A stretch of DNA of 62,387 nt, filler included, from Sluysia triapertura (GCA_046118255.1; 5 parts of 5 records of this genome joined end to end with filler, not necessarily neighbours in it), one strand, 5' to 3'; counted from the whole stretch's first letter, positions 39,944 through 53,900 are shown. Program-made: numbers and translations. Notes: generated by a model not told the origin, from the sequence alone.

Positions 39944-40264
39944 CTAATAATCCAAATCAAAAAATTTCCCGCCTCTTCTATGAGTTTTCGTCTTTGGTTT
40001 ACCACGTTTACCATTTAAATTCTCATTTCTATTAAAACATTTTTTAGTTATGTAATCTGTGTCTTTTCTACCACCTTCATTATTATTAATATTATTATTA
40101 TTAGTAATAGTATTATTTTTATTATTATTATTATTATCAAACAATTCCTTGATTCCGTTAATAACTGCTTCAATTGATGTATCATCAGCATGGTAATAAA
40201 CCTCAGAACATCTACGTGTCTCAGTTGTTATTGTCCTACGAATGTTGCTATTCTTACTTTTAAA
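39944..40264 (-). CDS. Orphan terminal-exon-like ORF, 5' end in the gap (FKSKNSNIRRTITTETRRCSEVYYHADDTSIEAVINGIKELF…FFDLDY*)
   Basis: About 106 codons open from the gap edge to a TAG; poly-N tract and basic tail. Confidence 0.45.
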   Translation of the reverse strand, partial: FKSKNSNIRRTITTETRRCSEVYYHADDTSIEAVINGIKELFDNNNNNKNNTITNNNNINNNEGGRKDTDYITKKCFNRNENLNGKRGKPKTKTHRRGGKFFDLDY

Positions 40265-41543
40265 NNNNNNNNNNNNNNNNNNNNNNNNNNNNNNNNNNNN
40301 NNNNNNNNTTAATTAATTAANNNNNNNNNNNNNNNNNNNNNNNNNNNNNNNNNNNNNNNNNNNNCGTTGGATTGCATGCAGATTCGTATTGTAGCAGTGT
40401 TATTAATGTATGTGTTCATATTATGACAATGTAATTGTATGTTATAGTAAACTGTTGTACTAATAGCAATAATGAGTGTATAAATATAGTAATAATTCAT
40501 AATGTTGCCTGAGTATTAAACTAATTTGCCTAATAATAGAAACTAAATATAGGGAAAAATTTATAGTGTTATAGTTATTATAGAATGAAATTACTATCTA
40601 GTAAAATCAGCAAAAATAGAAGCTCACAAAACTATTTCCTAAATTCTAAAATAACTTAATAATTTGAATGTCATCTACAGCCTACAATGAATCGAACATC
40701 AAAACAAAAGTGTCCACAGTTAATGATTTTCAAGGAACGTTTCACCCATAGTGATTTAATTTGTAATAATTTTGAAGCAAATGAACAGTAATTTAATTTA
40801 ACGCAATTTTATTAATTTTTATTGAAAGAATTTCATCTACGATAATTTAACATTGAATTAATTACTAATATGGAGTTTATGAGTAGTTTGTTTTGAGATT
40901 GTAATTGGTATAATCGTTTTTTTTGCATTTTTTCATTAATCTTAGGCAATAATTTATTTTTATTGACGAGATAAAAAGGAGAATTTAAAGTAAGGATTAA
41001 TAATAAAAAAGATAAAGCGGCGCACTTCCATCTCTCACATCAGAGACGAGTACAATTCCCAACTTCCAGATAAGATAACAAAGAAAATTTAAAAGTAAAA
41101 CATGCATTCTTATGCACATTTAAGAAGTGTGTACAACGATTGTTTAAAATATTATTTAAGAACTCAAAAAATCGTATTATTTTAATTCTTATAAATTATT
41201 CGGCACTATTCAATTCATTTAAAAAAAGGAGATAAAATCTTAGGGTTAATTAAAATTTTAAACTAAAATTGTCTAAAATAATCACCATTTGTCTCACTTA
41301 ATTTTAAAAAGAGATTAATATCATTATTGAAAAATCTTAATAACACAAATACACATTATTAAGTTCCGTTCACCTTTTCTGAGAGTACTAATATTGTCTT
41401 AAAATCCTGTGGATAAACCTTTAAGTGTTGCAAAAAAACTGGCTTAAGCGTTTTATGATAGAGCCATCGTATGTTAATGCATAATCATTATATTATAATC
41501 AAATCTAAATGAAGATTTATCGTTTAATAAAAGATATATTAAC

Positions 41544-41825
41544 CTCTTCATAGCTCATAATTTTATACATGGATGATAGAACCAAATGCAATCGTGCACT
41601 GACAGCTGCAAGGATCTTCATATCATCATTATTTAATAATACAAGTAAATAGTAAATACCGAGCCCAGTTAACTGAGTATGTTCAGCAGTTGAAATTAAA
41701 TTGTCTTGATTATTATTGGACAACTGAGTAGATTGTGATACCTTGGAGGGAGTATAATGAGACGCTACCAGTTCTTCCGAAATCATTAGACGATCATAAA
41801 GGAAAAAAAGCACTTTTTCCAGCAA
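41544..41825 (-). CDS. NBEAL1: NBEAL-like internal exon (LLEKVLFFLYDRL...LTGLGIYYLLVLLNNDDMKILAAVSARLHLVLSS...YEE)
   Basis: 282 nt phase 0-0 exon; colinear resemblance to NBEAL2 KLFEGVCSLLDRL...AQIGLRLVLGYILLEDPQLHAQAYVRLHMLLQT...REE. Confidence 0.85.
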
Positions 41826-41834
41826 CTGAATTAC

Positions 41835-41835
<1 letters not shown>

Positions 41836-41913
<78 letters not shown>
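41836..41913. repeat. (AAT)n microsatellite
   Basis: Direct reading. Confidence 0.95.
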
Positions 41914-42529
41914 GCAGAAATAGAATAATTAGCACTTAATTAACAGGCAGAAGAATCTGTACGAATTAAAAAAGGACTGTATTAAAATGGAAGTAAATGA
42001 ATATAAACAGATGTACAACTACTTCATGATCATATATGAAAAATAAATTAATTATAAAAAAGCCAAAGCATTATTATAATACATATTTGAAATAATTAGA
42101 GAAACATTGGCCGTACAATTTAAATTAATTGCTGGGAGGTCTTACTATAGATTTATTATAGAATAAAATTCAAAAAACTGTTTGTTATAAAATAACTGTG
42201 AAAAATAGTATATAAAGCGAAATTCTAACACATTTCATATAAATAGTTATACCGGTAAATTTGTAATTGCTTTTAGAACTGTGCAAGTCACCAGTACTAT
42301 TGGCCACAACAAAGAAGGAAGATTCACATTCAATTTTAAATAAGTAAGATATTTAAATCAGCTAATTTCAATCAAATAAAAATAAGTCAACTTCATAAAC
42401 TTTGGTCCTGCTTTTAGCGAGTTTAATTTTGCGCTTAAGTCGAGTATGGCAGAGATTGAAACTTTTAAGTAAATGTAAATATATAATATATTTCGTATTT
42501 AACTCTATTAACGGAGACGAGTTAAGAAA

Positions 42530-43022
42530 TTAATGCATCTATCCCTCGATTTATACGGTTTATATGGTAATTTATACCGTTTTGTTAAAACTTCATATTT
42601 ATCGGTTAGTGATATTTATCATAGCATTTTATTATAGCATTTTTATAGAGGTTTTATCATGCCAAAAGAAATTAACAAGATAAGTTATTTCTTTAGGGCA
42701 CAAATTTAAAATTTTTAATCGTCTACGTAATGGAGAAAGAGTGACGGATTTTGCTAAATTTATTTCATGAATGAAGCTACAATGAAGCTTCACAAGTACG
42801 AGATGTTGCAATGGAAAAAATTGAATAGGATTAATAGTTTTTGGTTAGTTCTTACTACCTGTATGTAAAATGAATTATGTTTTTCAAAATACATGCATTT
42901 ACTATTTACTCTTCTTTTGCGTTGAAATAACTTAATTATGGAAATTTTAGTTTATTTTTGATTTACACGGTTTTACGTATCAAAATCCATGATTTCGATT
43001 TGCACGCTTAAGGATAGGTGTA
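42530..43022 (+). mobile_element. Internally deleted Tigger-like relic
   Basis: Broken HTH (VISLGHKFKIFNRLRNGERVTDFAK…MNEAT) similar to the 27060 ORF. Confidence 0.6.
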
Positions 43023-43119
43023 TTAAATTTAATTGATGAAAAGTTTAAAATCCGGCATTAAAAATAATTTTGAATTAAAAGCAAAGCTCATAGACAACCA
43101 ATTTTAGTAATGCTTTTGC

Positions 43120-43120
<1 letters not shown>

Positions 43121-43189
<69 letters not shown>

Positions 43190-43198
43190 TAATAATAA
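43121..43198. repeat. (AAT)n microsatellite
   Basis: Direct reading. Confidence 0.95.
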
Positions 43199-43204
43199 AA
43201 TAAC

Positions 43205-43314
43205 ATCTATATCATATTTTTCTCGACTCCCTTGAATACTATATTGACTAGTCATATCTACAATTAACTGAACTAATTCTATGGAATGCTTTACTTTAAT
43301 TTTCATACTAACAT
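43205..43314 (-). CDS. NBEAL1: NBEAL-like internal exon (DVSMKIKVKHSIELVQLIVDM...KYDID)
   Basis: tttcag acceptor, GTTATT donor, phase 1 to 0; resembles NBEAL QALWLLRLLQDF. Confidence 0.75.
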
Positions 43315-43352
43315 CTGAAATAAAATATAAAAACAACAATATTATTACAAAC

Positions 43353-43485
43353 CTTCACGATCAAAATATACAATAAGATAACTCATCAATTTGAGTAAAA
43401 TTTGTTGTTTGAAATAAAATAATGGTTTTATTAAAACATATCGATTATTAACTCCATTCAAACTTTCCATAACTTCGTGGAGACT
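43353..43485 (-). CDS. NBEAL1: NBEAL-like internal exon (SLHEVMESL...VLIKPLFYFKQQILLKLMSYLIVYFDRE)
   Basis: Flanked by 41-nt and 38-nt GT-AG introns with consistent phases; resembles NBEAL LVRPPDCIKRSLLEMML. Not in the ORF track. Confidence 0.8.
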
Positions 43486-43526
43486 CTAAAAAATGATTTA
43501 ATTTCAATAAAATTAACACTATTTAC

Positions 43527-44036
43527 TTTCCACGAAGAACAGTCGGTTGAATCACCAGCAGGATTTACGAAAATGCTATTATCAATTTTTATTGTGTCAA
43601 ATGTATTATCAACTGCTTGTGTCCATACTGTTAATGCTATACAATCTAAAACACAATCACATAGTTGTTCTTCAAATATATCTTCCTCATGTTCTATTGC
43701 TGGTTCGTCTGGATTAACACAACTAGTTTTGTGTTTTTGCACTAACTGTGTATTCTGAATCTGAACTGCACTTAAGCAACTGTTACATACACTATGGAAA
43801 CTATCATCTGGATTATTAGAATTTATATTACTATTAACACCATTAATATTATTATTAGTTAATTTTAATCGACCATAACCAAGACTGATTGTGTTTACAG
43901 CCCATTGGTCGGAATCAAACGAATGCTGCTCTTTCTGACTGAAATACGCTTCTATAGATTTATTATCAACATTATTAAATTCTTCATTATCCAAATCTTT
44001 TTTGATAATAGCATCCATTATCGAGTTATCTTCATC
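43527..44036 (-). CDS. NBEAL1: Neurobeachin-like (NBEAL1/2-type BEACH family) protein, internal exon
   Basis: 510 nt open exon, gtag acceptor, GTAAAT donor. EEQLCDCVLDCIALTVW...SSWK resembles the recalled NBEAL EELCNLLTNVLFSVTW...AAWR segment. Confidence 0.8.
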
Positions 44037-46233
44037 CTACAAAATAAGTTTTATTAATAATAAAATGAATCGAAATAAAATATTGCTTGATATGTTGATT
44101 AAATAATACAATCTCAAATGACACTAAAACCAAGTCAGTTGATAGTGAATTTAATATATGCATTGCTTTTATTAATGTCTGAGTTATACTCAATTAGTTT
44201 ATTTGGGTTATACTTTGTTTACAATGAGAACTAAAATTAAAATATAGGGTTAAAAAGAACTTAAACTGTATCTTTATTTGCAACTTAAGGAAATAAATAT
44301 TACTTATTGTATATTTATGAAAAAATCAATTACCAAAATATATTTTAAATGGTAATTAGGTTTTCATCAACCTTAAAGATGCAAAGTTCGAAAGTGCATA
44401 AAAGAAATACAAATTTGTTAGACCCATCTACAAATATAAAAATTAGAAATAACTTTAATTTAAATACAAAATCATTTCAAATATAAAAATCAAAACAAAG
44501 ACTACAATGAAATTTGTATTATACTTCAAAATATCAAAAACTCAAAAAGTTAAAATGAATTAAAGCATTATCGGAAAACGTTTAAAAATTCAAGAAAATA
44601 CATCCAGAAAAAACATTTAACCAGAGAAAAACTAGATATCAGAAAGGAAGTAATCAAGAAATCGTCAAACTTAATTAGCACTCAAAAACACACAAGAATC
44701 AATCGTAGATGCCAATAAAACATGGAAAATCTGTTAAAAAAATATTAACTAACTAAAGTACGTAGTTAGAATTATAATTATAATATATAGAGTAAATTGG
44801 CTATATCCATAAAATAAGATCAGATACGTATCAAATATCTATAAAGTGAAATTAGTTAGGTAATATACTCATGATATGAAGGAAGATTAAATGTAGTAAT
44901 GATATTATATAATTTATCTGAGTAATAATTAGTCATTTTATTGTAAATAAAAATACTATAAATAGTTATATTTCTGTGAGAACTGCGAACGAACCAATGA
45001 AAATTACAACTAAAAATAACTAATTATCCATTTTTTATTTAACATTAACATAAATTATATTTATTTATTTTTATTAGTATTTATGAAGTATTACATTTAT
45101 TTTACATTTATTAAATTAATTATTTTTATTATAATAAATTTTTACAAACAATTTAAATTAAACTAAAATTATTTAGATTTTTTGTATTTAATAAATTTAA
45201 GTAGTTTATACTTAAATCATCTAAATTAATTTAATTAAGTAAAATTAAAAATTATATTTTGTTGTTAAATTTATTTAAATTTTGTTAAATTTTGTTTAAA
45301 CGGATTAATTCAAAATAAACAAGCAAAAACAATATGGCAAATGAAAATTTCATATTTAAAAATTGAGAATTCTAATGTAATTCACACAAGTCAAATATTG
45401 AAATTCAAAATTAATCTTCTCAGTAAATCCAAATTTCCATGTCTAGAGTAAGATTTCATTTCATAAGTTGTATATATATTAAAATATACTAAAAATCTTT
45501 AATTTATTTTCACTTAAACAGTAACTGGCTAAGTTTATATCTGCTTAAAATTACCACACTAAATCATCGGATTTAAGTGTCAAATTGCTTATTGTTATTA
45601 TTCGTTTACATTTGTAATAATACCTTTTAGATCATTAATCTTTGTAAAGAATTTTGCATTCGTAATATACCTTGATTACATTTATATTTGCTTATTAATA
45701 GATAAAATATTGTTATTCTCTCTAAACCGTTATAAGGTTAGTTATATATATTAAAATATAAAAGAAAAAATTTTTACAAATTAGACCTTAAAAAAGCTAA
45801 CTTAAAATCTCGTAACTTATAATTATTATTAATTAAAAATTTTCTGCGTGTTAGTAACATAACTAATAAGTGTTGGTACGTTACTATTTACATAATTATT
45901 AAGAAAATAGGTCACTCTTATAAAGTAGAATTGCACCACTTCCTAAAAGCCTAATAGACCGCCTTCGACCAGATATAAGACGTTTCTGTTAGGTGAACTT
46001 ACCTCGAGAATTTAATTTTTGCGTTTTTATAAGTTGTATAAGTTAATATCTTCGCATTTCATGGACGTTTAGTAACTAAACAGATTCAGTGAAGATATTT
46101 TATCTGAGTAATATTGAAAGTAAATCAAATATATGCATATAAAAGCTGATAGAATAATGTTTCTATTTTCCATTATCAAGTGTACCAAATAAATTATACG
46201 TGTCAATTAAACAGATTAATCGATCATTTAATT

Positions 46234-46799
46234 CAGTGGTCTTCACACTTTTTGTGCTGCAACCCACTTTACAAGGCCAAATTTTTTCGCAACCTATAGG
46301 GACTAAAATAAAAATAATAAAATAATTTTTTTAATAAAGAAATTTTTTTAACACAAAAAATTAAAATATATATATATTAACATATTAGAACATACTTTTG
46401 GTGAGACTTTGTTTTTGCATTAAGAAAAAATTTACTACTTTATCGTCTAACAGTATCAATAAAATAAAAGAATAATTGTATTAAAAGTTAGTAAAAATTA
46501 GACTTATGTATAAATAATATTTTTTATGAATACTTTACTATAAATTTGCATTTTCTCTTTTGCAGAACACCGATTTAATTGATATACAGAACGCTTTATG
46601 AGACTATGATATTTAGCATCAATGTGCGTATTCTTGTTTCTCTTTAATTATTTATTTAAATATAAAAACACTCTATTTTAAAGTCACACAGTATTTAAAT
46701 GTAAAATTCATTAAAAACAAAGATTTTCTTTCAATGAAATAAAATGCAATATGAGTTTCATTTAAGGGGTTGACGATTTCCAAACTTTGGGAACAACAG
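46234..46799. mobile_element. hAT/Charlie-like non-autonomous relic
   Basis: CAGTGGTCTTCACACTTTTTG…CAACCCA left end and TTTGGGAACAACAG right end resemble Charlie termini; no matching 8-bp TSD seen. Confidence 0.45.
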
Positions 46800-47185
46800 C
46801 TTCTAGATGTGGATGCCTGAATTTACCATGTTACAGACATATACTAAACATGAGTCATTGAACATTAAAAGCCAAATATTTAAGAAAAATTTAATAATTG
46901 TCTCTTTGAATAATAAGTGTGAAGAAAATTTTTTCAAGAATAAGGATTATTAATCCTTAGACTGCCACTGTCACATATTTGTTACAACCTGATACTCTTG
47001 CCTGAGCCCAGCATCACAAATATGTAACGAGTGTTATTATCAATTTATGATAATTGTTTGATGTTATAATTTTTCTCCTTAAGCCCTGGTAACGAAAGAG
47101 ATAAATAAAATACTTAAGATATCAATTTATAATGTTGCATTTATACATTTGGAATATAATTTGATATATGACAATCAAAACTTAC

Positions 47186-47300
47186 TATTTCTTCTGGTAT
47201 TTCATCAAACTTTGTTCGATTAATCGAACTAATTGATTCATCTTTTACCGCTTGAGTAGAATTTGCAGTTTCTTTGAAAGACGTGTTTTCATTGTCATCT
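47186..47300 (-). CDS. NBEAL-like gene, internal exon (DDNENTSFKETANST...DEIPEEI)
   Basis: tttag acceptor, GTAAGT donor, open frame; phase-0 end joins the 44036 exon (DEDNSIMD). Low-complexity acidic linker, assigned by phase and position only. Confidence 0.6.
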
Positions 47301-47900
47301 CTAAATATAAACGATGATTAACAGAAATATAATAGAAATTAATGTAGAAACTACATTGTTGATCAATTTGATTGAAAAATGTATGAACATGAAAACATTC
47401 ATAAAATATTTATTTTAAAAATCAAACGATCATCTCAATTTCAGAGTGTTTCAGATCTGGCACAATAATGTAAGATGCATTTAAATTTAATGAGGTCATT
47501 TAATTAGGCAAAAGTGCAATCCTAAAATTGAATGACTATTATAAATATAGTAAAGCAGGTATCACTTTTATAATTGATTTAAGGATATTAATGAATGAAG
47601 AGTCACGTTTTCCAATTTAGAATGTGGTTGCTGTTTGATATGGATTTAATAGAAAATTTAAACGTATTGTGGCTTCTTTGAAAAATTATTAGTAGATATA
47701 TTTTATGAATATAATAATAGAATTATAAATAAATTCAAACAATTTTCTATATGAATTATATATGTAAGAAAAATAATAAAATTAACCCTTATTACTCCAA
47801 GAATTTTGTAGAATTTGTAGCCAACTCCAAACAAATTTTAAGTTTGAAGTGATTAAAATGACATTGCATACGTTTTATGAAGTGAATTAAACGCAACATC

Positions 47901-47901
<1 letters not shown>

Positions 47902-47959
<58 letters not shown>
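47902..47959. repeat. (AAT)n microsatellite
   Basis: Direct reading. Confidence 0.95.
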
Positions 47960-47960
<1 letters not shown>

Positions 47961-50900
47961 CAAAATTCTGGCAACGCGGCTTAATCTTGGCAGATTTAAT
48001 GCCGGATAGAGTGATAATGGTTAGTGCAATTTAGAAAAATATGGCTTAAATGTTTTGCATATACAAATATAATAATGCATTACTTGAAATCAAGTGCAAA
48101 ACATAAATAATTTTCCATAAACGGCAGCATTATTTTTACGTACTTTTATAAAACTATTAATTGAACATCGTACATTTAAATAAAACTTCGCAAATATTTT
48201 AAATTTTTTCATCATAATTGAGATATTTTTCAATCCGATAATATTAGCAATATGTTCATAATTTTTATCGACAATTGAGCTTTCATGCTCAAAACTTCAT
48301 TTTCACTTAACAAATTTTCGCATTTTACATTATTAATAGTGAAATTTTATTAACTGAATATTAGTGATCGGTTATTTAATTCGCGATTATGAATACGATA
48401 TATATAACAATGAAAATTACAAATGGAGAGTATTGAGACTTATTCAACACAAATTGATGTAATCAAAAATCAAGTACCAGTAACCTTTAAAACTTTTTTG
48501 AAGAAACTTCATTGTAAAATAACTATAACAAAATACCTCACTAGGAAAGACTTTAATACTAGGGTGAGATAATTTTCCAGTGTTTACATTTTGTATAGTT
48601 GTTAAATTTATTGATTAAGTAATAACTTTAAAATTGTATCTCATTTTGCAGTAATGTTAGATTCATTGCAAGTACCACCATTATGAAAGTGGTCATAAAT
48701 TTAAGATTTGTAAATTTTTATTTAAGATTTAAGATTTAAGAAATGCTAATTCATATGAGTATGCTTTATACACTTTAAATATATTTGAATGCTACTCGTA
48801 TCATGTATATTCTAGATATTTGTAGAATTTGTAGCTTGTATTACTAAATTAAATTTCTCTGTAAATTTGTAATTTTTAATGAAGATATAAACTCCTTCAC
48901 GAATATCCTCACTTATTATTACTGCTTGAATTCAACTATAAGATTTAAGATTCTATAATGTGAAGATTTGTTATGAAAACTACTGTTAGAACAAAACTTC
49001 TATAGTTAATAAATAAATCAATTAAGTTTACGTCGATTAATTATGTGAATTGTCTGGAAGTATGAAGTCTGGATACTCGTTTCGATGATCTGAAATGGAA
49101 GTGCGAAAGTAAGTCTCGATTTTAATATTCGATACTATATAAAAGAGATAGAATTTAAAATAACTGTTATTGTTAACTTATTAGCTTTTTATTAATACGA
49201 TTTCATTTTTCCTTCGGGGGCTCTATTCTCGATTTTTTGAAGTTACAAATAAAAAATTGAACTCGGTAAAAATTTATGAACTAACAAAATGACAACTAAT
49301 AGTAATACTAATAATAACTAAAAATGACGACTAATAATAATAATTATTTTATTATTATAACTAAAATAATAATAACGTGGTTATTTTATTTAAATAATTA
49401 CTAATAATAACTACGAATTTTAAAACTACTAATATTAATGATAAAGATAAAGTAAATATTTTAAATTTCAAACAGAGGATACCATAATTGTTACTTGTAA
49501 ATGCAAGGTCTTCAATCAAATGTCCTCCAAGTAATCAATAAATATTTTCGTATGTATGGATTAGATTGTTCTCCGACAAAATTAACAAATGTCCTTGTAA
49601 GTTTGAATCAAATTTCTTCCAAAGAAAACCAACAAATATAATCGTATCCAAAAAATCTATAAGTATCAATCGGTATCGCCGTATGTATAAGACGACTTAT
49701 GCGTGATTTTGTAAATTTTTGTTCCTATTTATAGCATTTATTATTAATCTTTTATAATTTCATAGTGTGTATATAATAATAATCTTACCAATGTTATGTT
49801 TAATAATTTTGTCAATAGTATTATCAATAATTTAATTTTTTGCGATAGCATATGCATAATAGTAATCTTACCCATATTATAATAATTTTGTTAATAGTAT
49901 TTATATTAGAAGTAATATTAATTTTATCAATGATAATACAACAGTAATAATTTTGTCAGTATTATACAATTTTAATAAAAAATAATACACTAAATAATAT
50001 ATACAGTACAGTTTTATTAATAATAATGCTGAATAACAAATATTGCCCTCTATCTGAATGATTTGTTGTTAAATTTTGATTACACGTAATTTATATTCAT
50101 TCTTACTTTAAGATGATTTTTGTCGATTATAATTCTTTTAAATTTGATATTTCATTATTCTCTCTATTCTATTTTTGATTACATAAAAGTTTTATTAAAT
50201 TTCTGTTTAAAATAATTTTAACTCACGTATTAAAATAATTTTTATTGGACTTAATGTTCTTAAAGTTTGGTTTTGCATTTTCTTTATTTCTTGTTAAATT
50301 TCGAATTTATATTGACTCTTTTAAATCTCATGTTAAATTAATTCAAAGCATTATAATCTTAAAGCATTTTAAGAATATATTTATGATTATTGTGATGTGA
50401 AAAGTAAATAAATATTATGTTACAGATTGTCTACAGTATTTAAAATATCAATTTTTATGTGTATAATTTTGGATTTAGATTAATATAATGAAGTTTTCAT
50501 TCGTATTTCATCAATGATGTTTGAAATATTAAAGGATAAGATGTATTCTCAAATTTAATGTTACTAATTATGCACAAATGCAAAAGTTGTGTTCCAATAA
50601 ACATAGGAATTATAAATTATAAATTATCCAATAAAACCAAGATCTTCGATTGTTTTTAATTAAATTATGATTTAAAACATTCATATAATTTACAATAATT
50701 TTTTGTTACCAACTTTGATTTATTATTATTCTCATAATTAAACTTTTATATTTTAGTGATTAAATTCATCGATTAAACTTAATTAACCAGCTTATTCTTG
50801 TTTTATTCATCTTCATTTTCAATAAATTAATAACTGAAATCTAAAAACCATTTAATGCACAAACAAGTTTTATCACATTTCTTTACCAATTAGAAAATTG

Positions 50901-53900
50901 TATGCAAAAAACAAGTAATATTTGCCTATCAACATAATGTAAAATATTTAAATTTAAATTACAAGAATTATTTTATTTTAATTATTGTAATATTTTAGAT
51001 AAAAATGAAAATAAAATAAATACTGAGTGCTTAAAATTATTATATTTTGAAATATCTTGTACTATAATAATAATATAAATAAATAAATGAATACATAAAT
51101 GCGATATAGAGTATATATTTCTAAAAATAACTTCATTTATTAATAGTAAATATAAAAATGTACTTGTTTTTACAAATTAAATATCGATGCGTTTACGAAC
51201 AAATACAAGTTTCACATGATTTTAATTAATTCCATATATNNNNNNNNNNNNNNNNNNNNNNNNNNNNNNNNNNNNNNNNNNNNTTAATTAATTAANNNNN
51301 NNNNNNNNNNNNNNNNNNNNNNNNNNNNNNNNNNNNNNNTAATAAAACTAAATACGAACCTGGAAGATGATTTGAAAACATTATAACATTAAATTTTTCC
51401 AATTTAAAATATTTAAAATTTGAAATATTTAATTATTAAAATGGATTAATATTAAAGTAATTAAAGTATTTAATTATTTATACAATGTTTATTTACATAA
51501 TTAAAACAATTTAATATTAAGTTACTTATTAATGTTTACATGTTAGTTACATGATTAATGTCTACATGATTAATTGTCTGTTTATGCTTTATATGTCTGT
51601 CTTATTTTATTTTATACTTTACAGAATGATGAAGAGATGATGAATTAGGTATGGAGTGATTGCTATGAAATAGGAGAATCCGAATATGAGTTTGAAATGT
51701 TTGTGAAATGATTTGTTTGGGAATGAAAACCTTAAACATTTTTCATTAGAAAATTGAGTATGAGTAATTGAAAATTAATTAAACTAAAGTTAAATTAATC
51801 ATTTTTAAGTATGTCAGTAATAATAATAATTGTTATTTTAATGTAAGAAGTGATTCGTGAAAAATAGATCGAGTAGAAAAAAGTAAGAGCTGATTGTTAA
51901 TCGAATTGTTATGTTTTGCTTGACATATCGCACCATGTAAATGCAAAGTCGGTTTAATCTTTAAAAGAGTTTTGATGATTGTGAGTTTGAGATTGATTGG
52001 ACGTACAGAGGTATAAAAGCGAATACTTAAAAAATTTACAACAAAATAGTATCTTACATTATTGAAAGGAAGATCCATGATTATAATAAATTATTTATTA
52101 TTATTATTCTTTTATTATTATTAAATAATTTTTGGGGAAGTATTTATTAAGCTAGCGTTAAATTGATTTTAATTGAATTTTGGGAGAATAGAGTTAGAAT
52201 AGAGTTATATAAATATTATTATTATTGATTTCAATTTTTTCAGATATTGGTATTTTAATTTTTTGTGTTTGTTGAGCCACTTCTGGTTTCTTGGGATAGA
52301 TTTTTGTGTTCTTAATATTGTCACAAATGTTATTGTTAACTTTGAGATTTAGTTATTTTTCAAGCAGAAACTTATAATAACGACTTGTATTTTATTTTAT
52401 AATTATTATAGTATTGACTTATTGTTATTAATATGAATTAAGAACAATAAATGAACAATAAAAATGAATAAATATCATTTTTAAAATAAGAGAATTTGTG
52501 ATAAGTTATACTTGATCTAGTGAATATTGAAATTATTTGAGATTTTATTTAAGTAAATTAAATTGATATTGGTTTACAGCTACTATTAATTTATTATTAA
52601 ACGGTGTAAATTAAATTAATAAATTTTTGAGACAATTAAATACATAGTTAATTTGTTGATTGAACATTTAATAATACCTTCATTAAGGAGTATTGTTCTT
52701 TTGATAAAGTATTAGCTTATACAGTTACAGGTATACCTCTTTTACTGTAAGACGTTCATTGCAAGGGATCTTGCTCAAAATATTTTGCTGCAGGTAAGTG
52801 TTAGAAAAAACACAGAAGTTCTTTGGTGTTATTTAATAAAATTAGTATCGTGTTTATTATCGATTTGAAATTTATTAGTTCTAGGACCTAATAAGTTTTG
52901 TTGTTATTGAGTAGTAACTCATTGCATAGTTATTAATTAATAAAGAATTTAATAATAATAACAGAAAACAACCATATTTTCATAAAGACCAACCTAATCC
53001 TAAATATTTATTAAGGAAACAGAGAAAGCTTTAAATACATTGTATAAGTGCGAAAAATAAATCAACAAACTAATTTTACAAGGTGAAATAAATTTATATC
53101 AATAAAACCTAGTTAATTTTTACCAAATTAAATAACTGACATCACTTTATTTCACTCAGATGTATTTTTTAGTTTATTTATTCTTTGAGAAGAAAAACAA
53201 ACCATAATTTTTAACATTAACATTCTTACTTTTACTATTACTTCGAATTAGACAATAATTTTGATTAAGATTTGTCTAATCACACAAAATCGACCAGTGC
53301 AAGCGACAAAAAAACAATTATGACTTATAATTGTAGTATATTTATTAAGTGCGAGACTAACGGAGAAATAAAATAAACACAGTAAGCGTATTGTGTATAT
53401 GAACAATAATTTCCATTTGAGTTGGTATATATTGTGTGATAGAGGATACAAATATCATGTAAAGGAAATTTTCATAATCTGGGTATGCGGGAGTAAAAAT
53501 ATGACGAGTTATTGAATATAATGTTGGCGTTATGCGCATGTTTGAAAGTGTGTTAATCGAGTTTCGGTTTCAACTCACACCGAACATATTTTCTTAATAT
53601 TTTCAAAAAAATAAAATATTTCTTTGTTTTCTTGCACTACTTAATTATCTACTTTTATTAATTAGTTTATTTGTAAATAAATATAAACTAGTACTACTTT
53701 TGTTTTAGCTTATTACATACATGTATTTCTTATGGCACAAAACGAATTTTAAACGAAAATGAATCGTAATTCAAGCGAAATTTATGTACTGCAAACAATT
53801 ATTTTTTAGAGGTATGCTAACTATATTTAAATTTCGTTCAAATTTTAATTAATAATTGTTCAAAAATTTCTATATTAAATATCTTTTTTGTATTAAGCGT

